A DNA stretch of 61,078 nucleotides, filler included, from Sphacelaria rigidula (taxonomy: Eukaryota), in NCBI GenBank assembly GCA_964200075.2. It is 6 parts of 6 records of this genome, joined end to end, with 100 filler letters (N's around TTAATTAATTAA, not from the genome) between each part and the next. Parts side by side here need not be neighbours in the genome. Positions count along the whole stretch, not along the records: positions 20,395 to 30,490 come from CAXNAA020007153.1; positions 30,591 to 40,686 come from CAXNAA020007154.1; 4 more parts are not named here. The stretch is one strand, 5' to 3'. The notes under the pieces are model-generated. The model saw nothing but the letters and a program-made list of their open reading frames with translations. It did not search any database and had not been told where the DNA came from. The translations under genes were made by a program, and so were the position numbers. Positions 23,501-37,687 of this stretch are shown here, piece after piece (the first letter of the stretch is position 1; every line of letters starts with the position of its first letter).

Positions 23501-25943
23501 CACTCTCTTCCGCAAAGTTAATCTCAGCCTGAAAACAACAGGCGAGCATCGAGCGAGAGCTCAGAGCTAGTATAAATCATTCCTGATCTGGAACCGCAAA
23601 CAAGATCGCCAGAGGAAAACTATACTCTGACGCTGCACGGCGGATGAACAAGTGTGAGCGGGGTCCGAAACGTTGTGAATCGATTATGTTTAGTGTCTAT
23701 CGACGGCGCAAACATTCGGACGAGTTTCGTGGGTTATCGTGTCCGGAAAGCGATGGAGAACCTCAGATGTGACTCTGCTAACACACGAGGTTTCAGTCTG
23801 TCAATCGGTTACGATTGATTCCAAGTAGTGCCGTAATTCGAGTTGCGCGGTTCACTCAGATTAGATGAAGCTGACGTAGAGGACATTACTCCATTTCACC
23901 CACCTCAAAATTAATATGATTAGTCAACGTATAGTCCAGGATGTCGACGCTCGTCAGCTCTGGCGTCATCGCTAGATCTGTCCCCGCGGAATCGTCGTCG
24001 ATAGTAGGCGAGATGAACCCTCCTTGGCATCGCTCCGTTGATCCCACACTGTTGTTCAGGTTCACAATCTGCGGCATGCATAGGGTGAAATCCCGTGTGC
24101 AGCTTCATTGGGTGCCCACGTAGTGACGAGGACATCAACGCTGACGACGGTTGAAGGGACGCAAAGCTACTTGTCCGGCGCACGCCTCACGGTCCTTGAC
24201 GCTGCTCAAGAAACCATCGGCCAATTTCCGTTATGAACACCCTTAACTGAAGAAGAGAGGCATCGCCACTTCTTCTGTTCAGCTAGGACTACCAATTTAT
24301 GTCTCCACGTCGTCAAAATGGACCATTAACGCACAAGTTCAAACCTGATTTGCTCCAAAAGGTATGTACTCCGCCACGATAATTGACACCGAATTGAGGG
24401 TAATGACTTCGTCGAGCTCGTCTCGGATGTTGTCTGTGTTAACCGCGGACTCGTGCGCTCGATGTGCGTTGGATAGTGTTGGTCTCCCTCCGTATCGCAA
24501 ACATTGCGGGACGTACGCCGAAGATACGTAGGAAACATCTTCAGTTTCAGTTATGGTTGATTTCCGGCGGTAACCTGGAACAATCAAGAGTACATAGACC
24601 GGGTGTGAACGGTTTCTGCAACCGGATTCCCCGCAGAGCACGCCGCAATGGTGACCTTCGAAGCGCCTAGATAGGAACGGCAAACTCGACATGTTGTTCT
24701 CGATCACCCATCCCCGGCTCCCCGTGCGTCCCCGAAAACAATTTCGCCAATGGCCAATACATGGAGAAATGTCGCCTGATTACAGTGGATGAGAGCCTGG
24801 CCAAAAACCACGAGCATTCCCTGTCCATTGCCTGGCCCATGGCGTACCCGATGCACTCTCGAGCCAGTACTCGTTTCCGTCCCATACTGCGTCGAGCAAA
24901 TCACGAGTTCCTCGAGCGTATACAAATTCGTGCACGGCCTCCTTCTCCTTCCGGGCGATTCGTTTGACCAGCTCCTGCACAACAACAACAATGCCAGTGA
25001 CTTGATTTGGTGAGCTGCATGGTTACAAAAAGCGGAAAAAATCGTGCCAGAAATGGTCACGCGGAGATCGCGCCACTACGGATTTTCCTGAGAAGACGTA
25101 CCCACGCCGCCGGTAAAGCACAGTACACAGCAGAAAATGTTCGTGCTTATCTGCAATGGGCAACTTTTCACGCACTGGCGGCATGTTGGAGCAAGGATCA
25201 GATCCTTGAGTAACGAGCGCATGCACATCCATCACAGCAATCACTTGGTGTTGCATGGCGGTGGATTACGGGCTGGCGAGAGGACTCATGGACACTATCT
25301 TTAGTCTTGACGCACCTTCCCCTTGGGGGATATCTGATAGCAGGTGACCGGCTTGTAGCTCCGCGAAGATACGTGCAAACCGTTCACTAGCTCTTCCTCG
25401 CGAAGAAATTCCATGTCAGACTTCCCCTCCTGCCGTGGTACAATACGACGAACAGGATATGATACAATATCCTCCACGTATTTTTTTTCGTGCATTCGTT
25501 TTACTTCGGACACACTCGCACCCTATCAGTAGTGCAAAACAAAGTGGGAGATAGGCTGTCGGTCGACAAGAAACTGATGGGGGCACTGGCCGCATCCAAG
25601 AACACAATCTGGAAGTGCACACCATCACTCGTTTGGTACCAGGTACACGGAAAGCCTCAGATGAGAGCGATGAATCTACTCCACCCCGACGCGTTGCCAA
25701 CAATAATTGGTGGGGGAAAAATCAATCGTTCACCTGGCTGACGTTCATCCATATTCGACGGTTTTCGATTAACTCTGACTGCGGCGCGTAGTCGAAGTCG
25801 AGAACGTTGTTGACAATCCCCTCGTACAGAAGTACCACAAGAGCTGGCTTCCGTAACCAGTGGCTCTTCTCGCCGCGGGTGCTAGCTGTGTGCGTGTATA
25901 AGGACACCATGTAGAGGAGACGGTTCTGGTTTTCTGTCAGCCC
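20547..25943 (-). CDS. Multi-exon gene for an uncharacterised protein (partial; 11 exons, 515 codons; 5' start not located, 3' end beyond contig)
   Basis: Exons in transcript order: 25943-25734, 25429-25316, 24974-24848, 24574-24345, 24068-23904, 23528-23433, 22665-22495, 22051-21944, 21527-21348, 21029-20971, 20631-20547. All have AG/GT ends and matching phases, giving a stop-free protein GLTENQNRLLYMVSLYT...FDYAPQSE...EYIPFGANQ...LEEILGYVLEALDVIE. A possible 19-nt upstream micro-exon at 26063-26045 is uncertain. Confidence 0.9.
22910..23055 (-). repeat. Non-LTR retroelement 3'-end fragment with (CAAT)n tail (family also at ~5755-5870, ~6675-6770, ~53100-53170, ~59055)
   Basis: Shared + strand sequence (gatt)n-gtcgcacttcaactgaccccccagggg(t)tcagccgtggtc. 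Confidence 0.7.
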
Positions 25944-28900
25944 CTGCGGTGAAAAACATGGAGAACAAAGACAGTATGGATCGCGTCGATACACAAACTC
26001 CGACAAGCATCCTCTGACAGACACCTTGCCGCTTCAAGTATTACCACCAAGTAGTACAGTTTCCTGGCGGAAACAAAGCAGTATGTACGATCACTGAGGT
26101 AGATCTGTGAGGCTCATCTCTCAAACAGTTGGAAGTCTCGGCAATGCCTGCCATGCCGATCAACTAAACGAGTCCGAAGCGAGTAATACCAGATGTGGCC
26201 ATGGGGAAGGTATGGTTCGTGTAGAGACCAAGTACCCATGTCGTATCGCGCAGTCACAGTATGGAGCGTCAGCGTCGGATCTGAGCGAAGTAAGCATCGT
26301 CACTCCGAATGGGCGCTCCTGAGTAACGATTGGCGAATCACGTTGTTATCGCGTTCTCAACACTGAACCGTGTGCTCGTGACTTTGGGGGGGGAAACTTG
26401 TCGCCCTGCGGTTGTCTCATAAGAGGAAGAGAAAACAAAATCCACGAACGAGCATCCGAAAATAAATCTGTGATTGGTCGTCGCGATATCACCCACCAAG
26501 GAAAATATATATTTTGAAGCTCTTCTGTGGACAAGCTGTTCCCCGAAACCTTTACTCAAACTTTCTGAAAAAAAGTTGAGCTGTTCGCCAAAAACGTTTT
26601 GCTTGAACGGGCGGGAACATAGATGTTGCGACCACAAGGTGATGCACGCGGAGATGTGGCGTAGACCCGAAGCATAGCCATACATCAACTTGTGATCTCA
26701 GTGTCCCGGAATAAACAAAACATTGTTCGGGCCTTCGCTATTCATCATGTGAGTACGGAGTCCTCCTCTTTGGGTGGACATGTTTCGAAATATAACGAAA
26801 TACGACGATTTGTGGCAGACGGGTGCCAAGTAAAGCATGTACAAACGGTCAGTGACTACTGTACATGTTGGCGACTTTTTCGGCACGTCCACAGCCGCCC
26901 CTCCTTCGATTACGACTGGATTGCCGCAAAATCAAATACCAATGTGTATAGAGAAGAAAGGGCTAGAGCCAGACGTCATGCATTTGTATCGCGGACGTCT
27001 GTGCGCTTCTTTTCGGGCTATATTGTGTAGGTGTCCGTATGTCAGCCACGATCGTCGTGCTGCCTGTTTAGTGTTCGTGAATATCGCTCTCGGGGGAAGA
27101 CTGCATTTGAGTATCCTCACCAGGATCAAAACTGGTCGTTGTGGGAAGGAAAGCATTGTCAGAAGCTGTCCTCTTGGGCTTGTCACTCTTATCCCGCTAA
27201 GATACGGCCTACGCGCGCAGTTGCGTCCTCTTCAGGCCAGGAACGAACTGTTCATGCATGTACTCTGACTTTGCTGACAACGGGCACACCTTCCTAAACC
27301 AAACACCATTTGCAATATCTGACTTTCCTGATCGAAGATACAACGGAAGGAATCATCAACCTCTCTTGACAATGGTTTATCATCCTGTACATGCGGCAAA
27401 GGATACAGTCTGAATCAGCTGTTTTCCCGAAGCCGCGCTACAATCCAAGAAAAAATGCTACGGCAAAGTACTGTTGCGTTTTTATTTGATTTTTCCGTCG
27501 TCGGCGTCCATTCTGATATTGATCACCCCCCCGTCATACGGACTGAATGATATCCTTCTGACAGGCTTTCGAGGCACAAAACTCTTGGCAGCAGGTGTTA
27601 TCTACGGGGCTAGTAAAAGTATACCGCGTATGTCCCGGGCGCACGTACATGCAGGTAACATATATCACCCTTCCATAAGGGCGCTGACAAACGCGAGGTT
27701 GAATAGCGTGCCGAGTGGTCACGGCTGTTGAGGCGTCTAGGCAGAGAGATGGGAAAGGTTGGCAACATTGGGGGGTAATGAGTTTGGTCTGACATTTAAG
27801 CCCCCCAGAAAGTCACCATGGGGGGCGTTGCCATATAGCGTAGCCAGGGTGAAAACAGGCACAGGTAACGAGGATAAACTTTCTGTGTTGGTTGCACTCA
27901 TGACTTTGCCAAACGTCATGGGCACGTTGCGTATTTGTCATTTTTATTCACCTTTTACACACCCCGTCGCCGGATGACCGCCTGTTTTGGCAGGTTTGAA
28001 ATGTCTGTTTCGGGTCGAAGAGGCAACGCTTACAAAAAAACAGGGGGGTCTGAGCCCCCTCGGTCGTTTAATTTGTATACCCGCGCAGGAGGTGCGTCTC
28101 AAAGTCATTCGTACGTTAACCCTGACCAACAGCGTCTGCTGACGCTTGACGATCAGCATTAGCGGGGATAGCTCCGCCAGTGCACGTAGGAGGGCATGCA
28201 TGGAGGTATACCGAGTGCGACCATCGCGCTGACGCTTCGCCTTCCGCCATCACAGCTGAGGCAGATGCATGAAACAGGAGAACAGGAACCGAAACTCCAA
28301 CTCGCCCGCTCGACCATAGACTAGGTTGCTGCAATCTTCGTGGCAAAAAATATAACCGGAGCGATTCGCCCCCCCAGCCTACTAGAAGCCATGTATGGCT
28401 ACACTTTTGTCATCTTCCAACACCAGGTGGGACTGCCGAAGGCCGGGTTCTCGGAACAACGGGTATCGGGCGCCTGAAGGGTTGAGGTCCTGTTTGTTAT
28501 TGCTGCAGTTTATTTTGTTGCGCATAGTCATAGAGGTTTGTTGCGGAGAGAACAAGAGTATCATACTCTGAAGGGTTGACGGTCTCCCTCGTCCTGCATA
28601 GCCACCTTCACCAGCTTGTTAAACAGAGGACGACCGCAGTAAACAACGCCAGTTTTGCCCAGGGGCCCATTGCCCTATTCTTGAAAATGTGCACCAGCTG
28701 CGTTCATTTCCAAGATATCAGCTTCTTATTCCTTCGGGTATATCAACCATATATCCCTGTTCAATACAATCTTGTCTTATTTCGCTGGCGCTTCGAGAGA
28801 ATCGCGCCTCATAGTGATTGTGTAGCCTTTGCACTTGTGAAACATTTTACGCAGTGCACCGTTTATTATAGCGGAGCAAGACAATTGTCGCAAGAGATCT

Positions 28901-29235
28901 TAATGGGTTGAGCAAACACATGCATTTATTATTTCTCCCGAGGTCACCCGCTAGCTTGGTGCATACCTACTCTATCTGAATCTTCTCTCCAATCCTCAGC
29001 CCTGAACCCCAACCATGGGACTTCCAATAAGGAGCTATATCGCCATTCCGGGTTGACTGAATCACCCTGGATACAGTACTGGTTCCCGAACCGTTCCTTT
29101 TGGTGCCTCGTACTTAACTGTACTGGCTCCTGTTCCTGGACCGTTCCTGCCGATGCCTTGTCTGAACCGTACTGGATCCTACGAGGCTCGTTGAGTGCTC
29201 GGCCGAGAATCCACGTATGAGATTTATATCCAATA

Positions 29236-29772
29236 CTTCCTCTGTCCCATAAGTAAAGGTACCTAGATTTGTACGGGCCCTTAACGATGTCCGATCGTTT
29301 TTTTTTTTAATGAAGTCTACGGTGTTTTTGGGGTAAAGAAAATGTGTTTAAAATTTGCAGCTCGTGCTTGAACCATGCCGCCGAACGGCTGCAAAAAAAG
29401 TAATCGACCCCAAAATGGCCGTTTTTTGCCCCTTTCCGAGGGGAAAAAAGTGTCGATTTTTTGTTTGAATTATTTTCAATCGCGTGGGACTTTCTGGCAG
29501 CAAACCCCAGTGAAGGCGGGGGAGATTTAAGAAAAATAAAAAAGAAAGGCCGACACTTTTTTTCCCCTCGAAAAGGGGTAAAAAACGACCATTTTGGGGT
29601 CGACTACTTTTTTTGCAGCCGTTCGGCGGCATGGTTCAAGCACGAGCTGCAAATTTTAAACACATTTTCTTAACCCAAAAAACATCGTAGAGTTCATTGA
29701 AAAAAAAAAACGATCGGACATCGTTAAGGGCCCGTACAAATCTAGGTACCTTTACTTATGGGACGGAGGAAG
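29236..29772. mobile_element. Second copy of the Stowaway-like foldback MITE
   Basis: TA|CTTCCTCTGTCCCATAAGTAAAGGTACC ... GGTACCTTTACTTATGGGACGGAGGAAG|TA; ~220-bp arms; closely similar to 7552-8066. Confidence 0.9.
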
Positions 29773-31105
29773 TACATAATCTTCACATAGCCAAATCGAC
29801 AGAAAAAACGCGGGATAGCAACCCGCCTACAGAGGGTAACCCATATTAGCACCTGCAATACTCCCTGTCAGCTATTGCTCTACTGTAGCCAACAAAGTGA
29901 AAACACTGCCGGTGTGACTCACGCTACAAACTGCTGTATAGCTTACAGCCGTGTACCCGCTATGAGTCAGTTAGAGCCGACAAAGGGAGTAAAGAACAAC
30001 AGGTGAAAAAATCTCCCAGGGAACCACCCGCCCCTTACTACGCCAAAAGCTCCGCGTTGCAACGATTGAAGGTCAGCGCACGCCTCGACCTCTTTACCCG
30101 GCTTGCGGTACAGCTTGTAGCAGCAACCATGCCCCAATCGCTGCGCCCTCATCCCTGCAGCACGACTCCAACGGTGAATTCATCGCTGCGTTGATCGCTG
30201 CTGTTCATGGCTGCTTCTCATCTTGCGGCCTAGTTTGAATTGTGGTATACATCGCATTTTTTTTTGCTGCCCCAAGACGAGCCCCAAGTGCCTCGAAAAA
30301 TAATTCTCAACTGCGGGCGCCCTCTGCATACAGGAAATTATGGTTCCAACTCCACGGGAGATATACGAATGCACTACCGGTAATAGACCTGGTCCGATTC
30401 CAATTTGTATGGGCGACAGGGGGGCGCGTACCTCAAATTCTCAGAAATGCACGACACGAGACCCCTTTTCGCCCGAAAAAGGCCCGGGGGNNNNNNNNNN
30501 NNNNNNNNNNNNNNNNNNNNNNNNNNNNNNNNNNTTAATTAATTAANNNNNNNNNNNNNNNNNNNNNNNNNNNNNNNNNNNNNNNNNNNNCCTCCCCATC
30601 TTTCCCCCTGCCTAGGTGCTTTCTAACTTTTTAAACCTTCGCCGGCCCGAGCATCCGGGGGGGGGGGGGAAGAGACCAACGCAAATAACCCCGTCTTCAC
30701 GTACACTTTTATGTTATTTCCAGATTCGCGCTCAATTAATATATCATTTTCTTGTGAAACCTTTATACTTGAAATCGTTGAGTTGACTCACTCCATCTTG
30801 TCCAGCAATGCCATTCCAGCCGCGAGTGGTGTGTGCTGTTGTCGCCTCTGATTGGGGCAAAACGTTGAGTGTGGGGTGCAGGGGCGAGGGTGCGGCGGGG
30901 GAGAAGGCACTCGGATGAAGAAAGGAGAAAGGGATAACGGTAGGGATGACAACGAACAGCCACGTCAGATATAAGTGCGGCAATCAATCAAACCAAACCA
31001 AACCAAACCAGCCAAGCGAAGGGTTATAAGCTTCCAAGCATTTTTTTTCAAACTGCTCGTTTCACTCAAAATATTAATCAATATTAATATTAATAAGGAT
31101 TGGGG

Positions 31106-31173
<68 letters not shown>
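31106..31173. repeat. (TAC)n microsatellite
   Basis: Seen directly. Confidence 0.98.
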
Positions 31174-31183
<10 letters not shown>

Positions 31184-34100
31184 CCCTACGACCACTGGTA
31201 CTATATACTCGTCTATCAAACCAGACAAAGTGTTGTTCAGGTATCAGATAAGTGACGGGTTGATCTGACAGAACTACGGACTCCTATGGAGTAAGTAGGA
31301 GGGGAGAGGGGTTTGATTATGCAACATCACGTGAACAACTACATTGAAAGAGAGAGGTTACTCACCAACGTCCTCAAGCCGCCGAGAGCGTACATCATGC
31401 TGTTGTACGTGTACAGGTTGGGCTGTAGGTTGAATACCTCCACCATAGAGTCCACCGTAGAGAAACACCGATCCACGGAGCGCCTATCAAGGTATATTCA
31501 AAAGCATTAGACATGCAGACACGGGGAAAATGGGAAACATGTGGAGAGTATTATGAATAGTACTAGTATTAGTACCCTTACTATTAGCGCTAGTATCACC
31601 ATCACCATCATCATTATCATCTCTTTCATTAGTATTTATTATTACAGTCCAGTTACCATCACTACTATTACTTACGCACATTAATCCAATCTCTCGAGCG
31701 CATGGTCACAAGAAGTGGACTCGCCTTTCCAATACCGTCACTATTCTTGACATGAAATCGAAGTGCTTATTGGGCGGCCCCTTCTCAGACTCCAAAGATC
31801 ATGATAGTAAAGAGTTTCGGCAAAAACATTTTTTTTTTTTCTGTGCTTTCAGAGTGCAAACACCTCAGGATCGGAGTGTAACGGAAAAATATTCCCCCCT
31901 CCATGAAATGTGGTTGGTATATAACCTTGACTTTTTACGAGGAGGTGTTTTTTTTATTATACACTCTGATCCTGAGATATTTGCACTCTGAAATAACAAA
32001 AAAGAGTTTTCCAAAACTCGTTAATGATGAAACAATACGAGAGAGACGTCAAGAAGAACATCTGTATACATGAATATATATATCACGGTTAGGACGACAA
32101 AAATCGTTATTCAACTCATACAATCATTCCTGTGACTAAATTACACAATTCGTACATCATTTGTAATTTATACAGCTTGTCAGCTCGTGCGTCGTGCAGT
32201 ACATGTCAAGGGTACCTGCTTCCTACCTTCCGTGAATACCGGGGTGAATAATGGGCACATAGTCAATCCTGCACTGTAAATTTGAAAGTGGTCCTCACGA
32301 CACACCAACTCTTTCGGGAAACCGGACTACCTGCCTCTTCTGCACGATTTTGACGGGCAGTTTCATATGGCCACGGTTGCCATTTTTCTAGGGCTGTGAA
32401 CTGGATCAATTCATGCTGTCGATTGAACTGAAACTGGCGAAGAGGGCGCCAGCTCATCCACTTTATTTGCGGGTTTGTCGTTACCGGCTATCCTTGTACC
32501 AATCTTAGTATGGTGAGTTTATAACAAAGATACGTATCCCATCATATACACTTTGATACAACTGAGTACACAGCTAATTCAATCCTGCAGGCACATTGTA
32601 ATGGTATGATTCTTGTATTGGTAGGTGGTCGTGCGGATTTCGTTGACAGTGAACAAGAAAATGGTTGTTCACGATGCGCAGCGGCGGTGGTTTAGCAAGC
32701 AAGTATCCCCGCTTCGGAACTTGCAACGGGTGACAAATGCGCTCTGCCGATTGTGCACCTCTCGAGATGATTGCTGCGTGCTGATGGTGGTGGATGGTGG
32801 ATATACTACAAAATGCTCAAAGTCAAGTAATGCACTGTCTGAACTAGTCTTGTCTATCTCCACGTGTCTGTCCGTACTGACGCGAACGCCCCGGGGTAAA
32901 ACTGTATGAGAAACGAATGTATATGATGTTTACCCGATAAGCCCACTATAACTCCAACGGGGGTCCGCTCCTTCTAAGCCGGGACGGAGCACGCCGGGTT
33001 CTCGCGGGACCAGGCTGGGGGAGGCGGTATCTCCGCAGAGCACCGGAGAAGCTCACGGAATCCACCATGTGTGTTTCGAAGTTTCCCCGGAGAATTATAA
33101 GCCGTGCACGAGGCCCGAGGGGCGCGGAATGATCACTCTGACCGATCACGGCCGTCCAAATGAGAACGTTGTTCCCGAACAGGTGGGCTAGTTCGCCGTC
33201 TACCCTCACAACTCATTTTGGTCATGGGGAATGAACCATAGACTACATGGATCAAACGCACATGTTTCGTGCTACTTGAGTGCACTGCTGTTTAGTACTG
33301 CCTCAGCTGCTTCGTCCTAGCTGCATACCAGCACCTGACATAAAACAAACGGCGCAACACGCGAGCCCCCACCACGAGTATCCAGTGCACATTGCGGTTG
33401 ACGCCTCCTTCGACAGAGATACGACCACTATTGCGGACCAGTTATTGAAGATTTGCGTGCACTTGCAACACCGCGCTCGAGAGCTCGCCCACGACGCTGC
33501 AGCAGCTGTCGGGGCGAGGCGGTGCATACACAATGAGCCACGCCCGGGACTGGAGGCTAGTGTGGAGGGCGACGCGCTCATGGAGGTGGCCGCGGCTCAT
33601 GGTCGTCTGCGCTTGGAAACGTCATGGTCAAATAGCGTTCGAATTCTGCGAAGAAATACCGCAATCAGGTAAGGACAAGCCTCGGGCGTTTCTGTGCATG
33701 TGGCTTTTCGTCATGATGAGGTCGTGTGTGACGCGCCCAGCGCGGGGTGTCGTCGCTATCGAACTAACTCGCGCTTAGAGGTTAGACCCGTCTTGGCACA
33801 TGGTGGAGTACGTTATATGCAGCACTCTACGCTTGCGTGACGGCGGTCTTCTTGAGAGGTACCGCACTTGCTTTGTTCAAGGGGGCGCTATCGCGTCAAA
33901 CCGGCCGCGTGTGCAGCAGATGTGCACACTCTGAATATCTATATACTGCAATATACAAGAAACATACGTGGGAGGAGGGTTGGGCTTTTTTCATCCTGTC
34001 TTTTAATGTACTGTACAGTAGAGAGGCCGCCACCGCTTGAAGCCTCGAAGGCTGCGGCCTATTTCACAAATACTCGCGAGTGTGCGATGGGTGACGTCGA

Positions 34101-34230
34101 CGACCTGCCGCTATTGCAAATTTTAACGCAACACACTACACACACGTGCGGCGCCTACAAAAACGCTCCAGTTACTGGCAGCTATCGGTGCTGCGGTATC
34201 TATGTGATGACATCACAGACTGCACAGGCA

Positions 34231-34561
34231 CCGTAAGTAAGGTAGGCACCCGGCACCGATATTTGAGGCATCTCATACCCTACCGATGCCGGTCCAATCG
34301 GGTATTTTCCAATTTTATACCTGCGATACCCACGATACCTACGGTATTTCGAGATTTCAATACCTACCGTACCCGCTCAATCAGGTGTTTCCAAAACTCA
34401 TACCCACGATACCTACGATATTTCATGATTTCGATACCTGCCGTACCCACTCAATGGAGTATTTTCAAAACTTACATATATGATACCCACACATACCACG
34501 CACGGTATGGGGCACCCCGGTAAGTACCGGGGGTACGCTGGGTACGGTATCTTATCTACGG
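34231..34561. mobile_element. MITE-like element with GATACC/TACCC sub-repeats
   Basis: ccgtaagtaaggta / tatcttatctacgg imperfect termini; repeated atacccacgatacctacg units. Confidence 0.5.
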
Positions 34562-36520
34562 TTTCCGTGACAGACTGTGCAGGCCAAGGGATCATGCCGC
34601 ACATTTCGCAGCTACTGTTCGTATTGTGTGTGCAAGTGATACGTGTGGACTGAACGGAGCCAATTATCGGCGAGTCGACACGATAGGAACACAATCCGAC
34701 CGTCTCACGAACAGTGTAGTATGAATACTGTTGATGAGGACATCCTCATATGACAGGTGCTCTTTAGAATTGGTCCGGGCGATATCTGGCACAGCGCCCA
34801 TACTTGGGAGTAGATTTTGGCAGTGGAAAGTCAATCAAGTCAATTATAACCATTGAGAGGCACTTCGGTGAGGAATACGCGGCATCTAGCGCCAATGAAA
34901 TACGACCTTTGTAATGAATCATGTAGTGAAAAATGCTCGCGATTGGTTCGCACACTCGAGTCACACCTGTAGTGTACGTACTATAGTATAGGTGTGTAAC
35001 GTAGCGCCGGGACGGATAGAACAGCAGCATATCAACGAAGGAGGAAGCAGACGAGCAGACAGCGAGCGGCACATTGCCACCGCAGGGCGTCATTGCGATG
35101 CTCGTGTATCGGGATATCCCCATTTCAGTATGACTGGTTGTGTCTTTCCGCATCCGCGAGCGCCGGCGCCGATGCCAGCGGCAGCGGCCGCCATGCTGAC
35201 GGGTGCAAGCAGTACCCTGGCGGTGCAATATATCCGCACTATGCCGTGGGTTGCTCCTCTCATCGGAGCACGGGGTCTGGCCCAGCCGGTCGAGCGGTGT
35301 ATACCGGCGCGAGCTGTGTGTACGCGGCCATGCTTGGTATCGCGCAAATAATGGGTCTGGGTTACATGAAGTTTTCAACAGTCAAGTGCATAGACAACAC
35401 TGCGTCCCGAGTCAAACTATATTTTACAGAAAGACGAACACAACAATACAGCAGCTCAGATAATCTGAGCGGGGACCGTCTTCGCAGGGTCGAAACACAT
35501 CACAGAGAAGTGATGGCTACAGCACATATGAGAGCGGACGCGAGTGAGTTTGTGCTGCAGTACAGTAAAATAGGACATGTCCCATGTTTTAGTTCTCCGC
35601 CAGGTTTGAAGCGGGCCCTCAGTGTTTGTCGGATGCCGATCTTGAACGCTTGGCCATAATCACGCTTCGCGCACACCTTTTTTTTTTCACTACAAAATCA
35701 TCCCCATGCATGGGTCCTGTGCCCGATATCTAAGGGAGGGTGTTGGCCTCGAAATATGATGTTTTAATGCTGGTACACACCATCCGCCTTTGCTTGCTTT
35801 GGCGCCAATCCTCGAGGGGCAGGAATTGCTAAATCATACCCGACTAGCCCCTGTGTACCTCTTCATACATGAGAGTTGAGACGAACGTCTCCTCCGTGGA
35901 AACAGAAAAAGGTGAACACCGTTCGCTTAGCGGTGTTCCTGTCGCGATCAGTACATGTCTTCGTAAGTGTTCGTGTCGCTCGAAAAAGTACGGAGGAAAA
36001 AAAATACCATTGCATATGTCCATCGCATTTCTGCTCCTAGTTGGCATCAACGATTTTTTCATCATCACGGCGTGCCTTCGCAAATTACCTTTCTATGGAA
36101 AATATACGGTGTAAAAGGAAGCCTCCGATTGATTGGTCTTGATTTCAGCTATCGTAGTGCGTTATTAAGCTGGTTCAAATTACGATCTATTTCGTCGGAG
36201 TTTCTATTTTCCACCGCACGTTTTCGATTGAAAATGAAATGGTGAGACACGGCCTTAGTGGCAAGCGGAAAAGAAGTAAAAAACAATGAAGCTCATCTTT
36301 TCCCAACAAACATGCGGGCGAAAAGCACGAAGAGGCGCTTGACTCCCAACGCACAGACCTCCACGCCAAATACCATCCGTTCACACAATCATGCAACCGA
36401 GTTCACACAACTCATCCTTAGCTACGTACGCAACGCTGCAATATAGAGCAGGAGTTGAGCACAAGGATGGATGCACTGCAGTAGTTGGGTATGCTGTGTT
36501 TACATCGTGTCGGCAAAAAC

Positions 36521-36898
36521 TTGCACACGTCGGACGAGTCATTCCTCGTCAAACGAGTGCACTCGTTGATGTTTTTTTAAACACCACGAGCATGACTCGT
36601 GTGCTAGACCTATGTTATTTAAGAACCACGAGCAATAACTCCAGTCCTCGCCCCGTTAATTTTCGCCACCACGAGTTATGAATCAAGTACTCGCCCTCTT
36701 AAATTTCTTCACCCACAATGAATCGAGTACTTGCCCCACTAATTTTTCCAACAAGGAGCAATGACTCGAGTACTCGCCCTAATATTTTTCTCCACCACGA
36801 GCAATGACTCGAGTACTTACCCTATTCCTTTTTTTCACCACGAGGGACCCAACGAGTGCGAGCCACGAGTCATACTCGTGCTTGTCGAACGTGTGAAA
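36521..36898. mobile_element. MITE-like element with ACGAG/ACTCG sub-repeats
   Basis: cacacgtcggacgag / cttgtcgaacgtgtg imperfect termini; tandem caccacgagcaatgactcgagtact-like units. Confidence 0.5.
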
Positions 36899-37259
36899 AA
36901 TTGCCTTTTTTTTATTGTAGGGAACAGGGATAGAACGGCATGGTGAGGTGGCCAACCCCCTCGCGGACGCGTTCATGGAAACAGTGCATGTACGATTCTG
37001 CGCGGTTTCTAAGTTCTTTTGACGTCGCATTGTAGGCAGAAATGACGGATGGTGCTGCGCTGAAAGTTGTGCATGTTTCCCGCTGCTCTTTCACATCCTG
37101 CTGCACGAAACACTCAACATACACTGTGTGCAAACAGTACAGACAGTACGGACTGTCAATATTGTTCACGAGCGACCATGTACGGCTTCACGAATTTAAC
37201 CGTCCTTTTCCGATAGAAAACTTGAAAAGTCCCTTCGGGTCAACTCAAGAGAAAATGAG

Positions 37260-37687
37260 CAGGGAGGGATACGTGACACACGTGACACATTTGAGAAACA
37301 CGGGAAAAACGTAACTTTGCGCTATTTAACGCTACGGAAGGTTTGATTTTTTGGACGGGACAAATGTAACGTAACGTGATCTAATGTGTGGGCCTCGAAG
37401 CAGTGTCTCTTGGAATTCTCCAGTGTAAATAAGGCTATTTTTGTGAATTTTGAACGTGACACGTGACACCTTACACCTTACAAATTTACGAAAACAAGCA
37501 GAGTTTTCGTCACATTTGGAAAGTAAAACGCTACGTTAAGGTTCATTCGAAGGACCACACGTTACATCACGTTACGTTACATTTGTCCCATCCAAGAAAA
37601 CAAACCTTACGTAGCGTTAAATTATCCGAAGTTACGTGTTTTCGAATGTGTCACGTTAAAGCGTCACGTGTCCCGTATCCCTCCCTG
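37260..37687. mobile_element. hAT-type MITE
   Basis: TIR CAGGGAGGGATACG / CGTATCCCTCCCTG; perfect 8-bp TSD AAAATGAG (37252-37259, 37688-37695); internal inverted arms with GTGAC/GTAAC motifs. Confidence 0.9.

Noticed and set aside
5016-25943. Functional linkage between PDX1, the retrotransposon and the unknown gene
   Set aside because: They are on different contigs joined artificially.
30965-31268. Poly-T/poly-V ORFs (also the HT/CV- and poly-I-repeat ORFs elsewhere)
   Set aside because: Microsatellite translations.
33280-35659. GC-rich ORFs in contig 4 as exons
   Set aside because: No family similarity and no phase-consistent splice model.
36585-36870. CRISPR-like repeat array
   Set aside because: Repeats are degenerate, spacers are similar to each other, no cas genes are present, and the context is a eukaryotic MITE.
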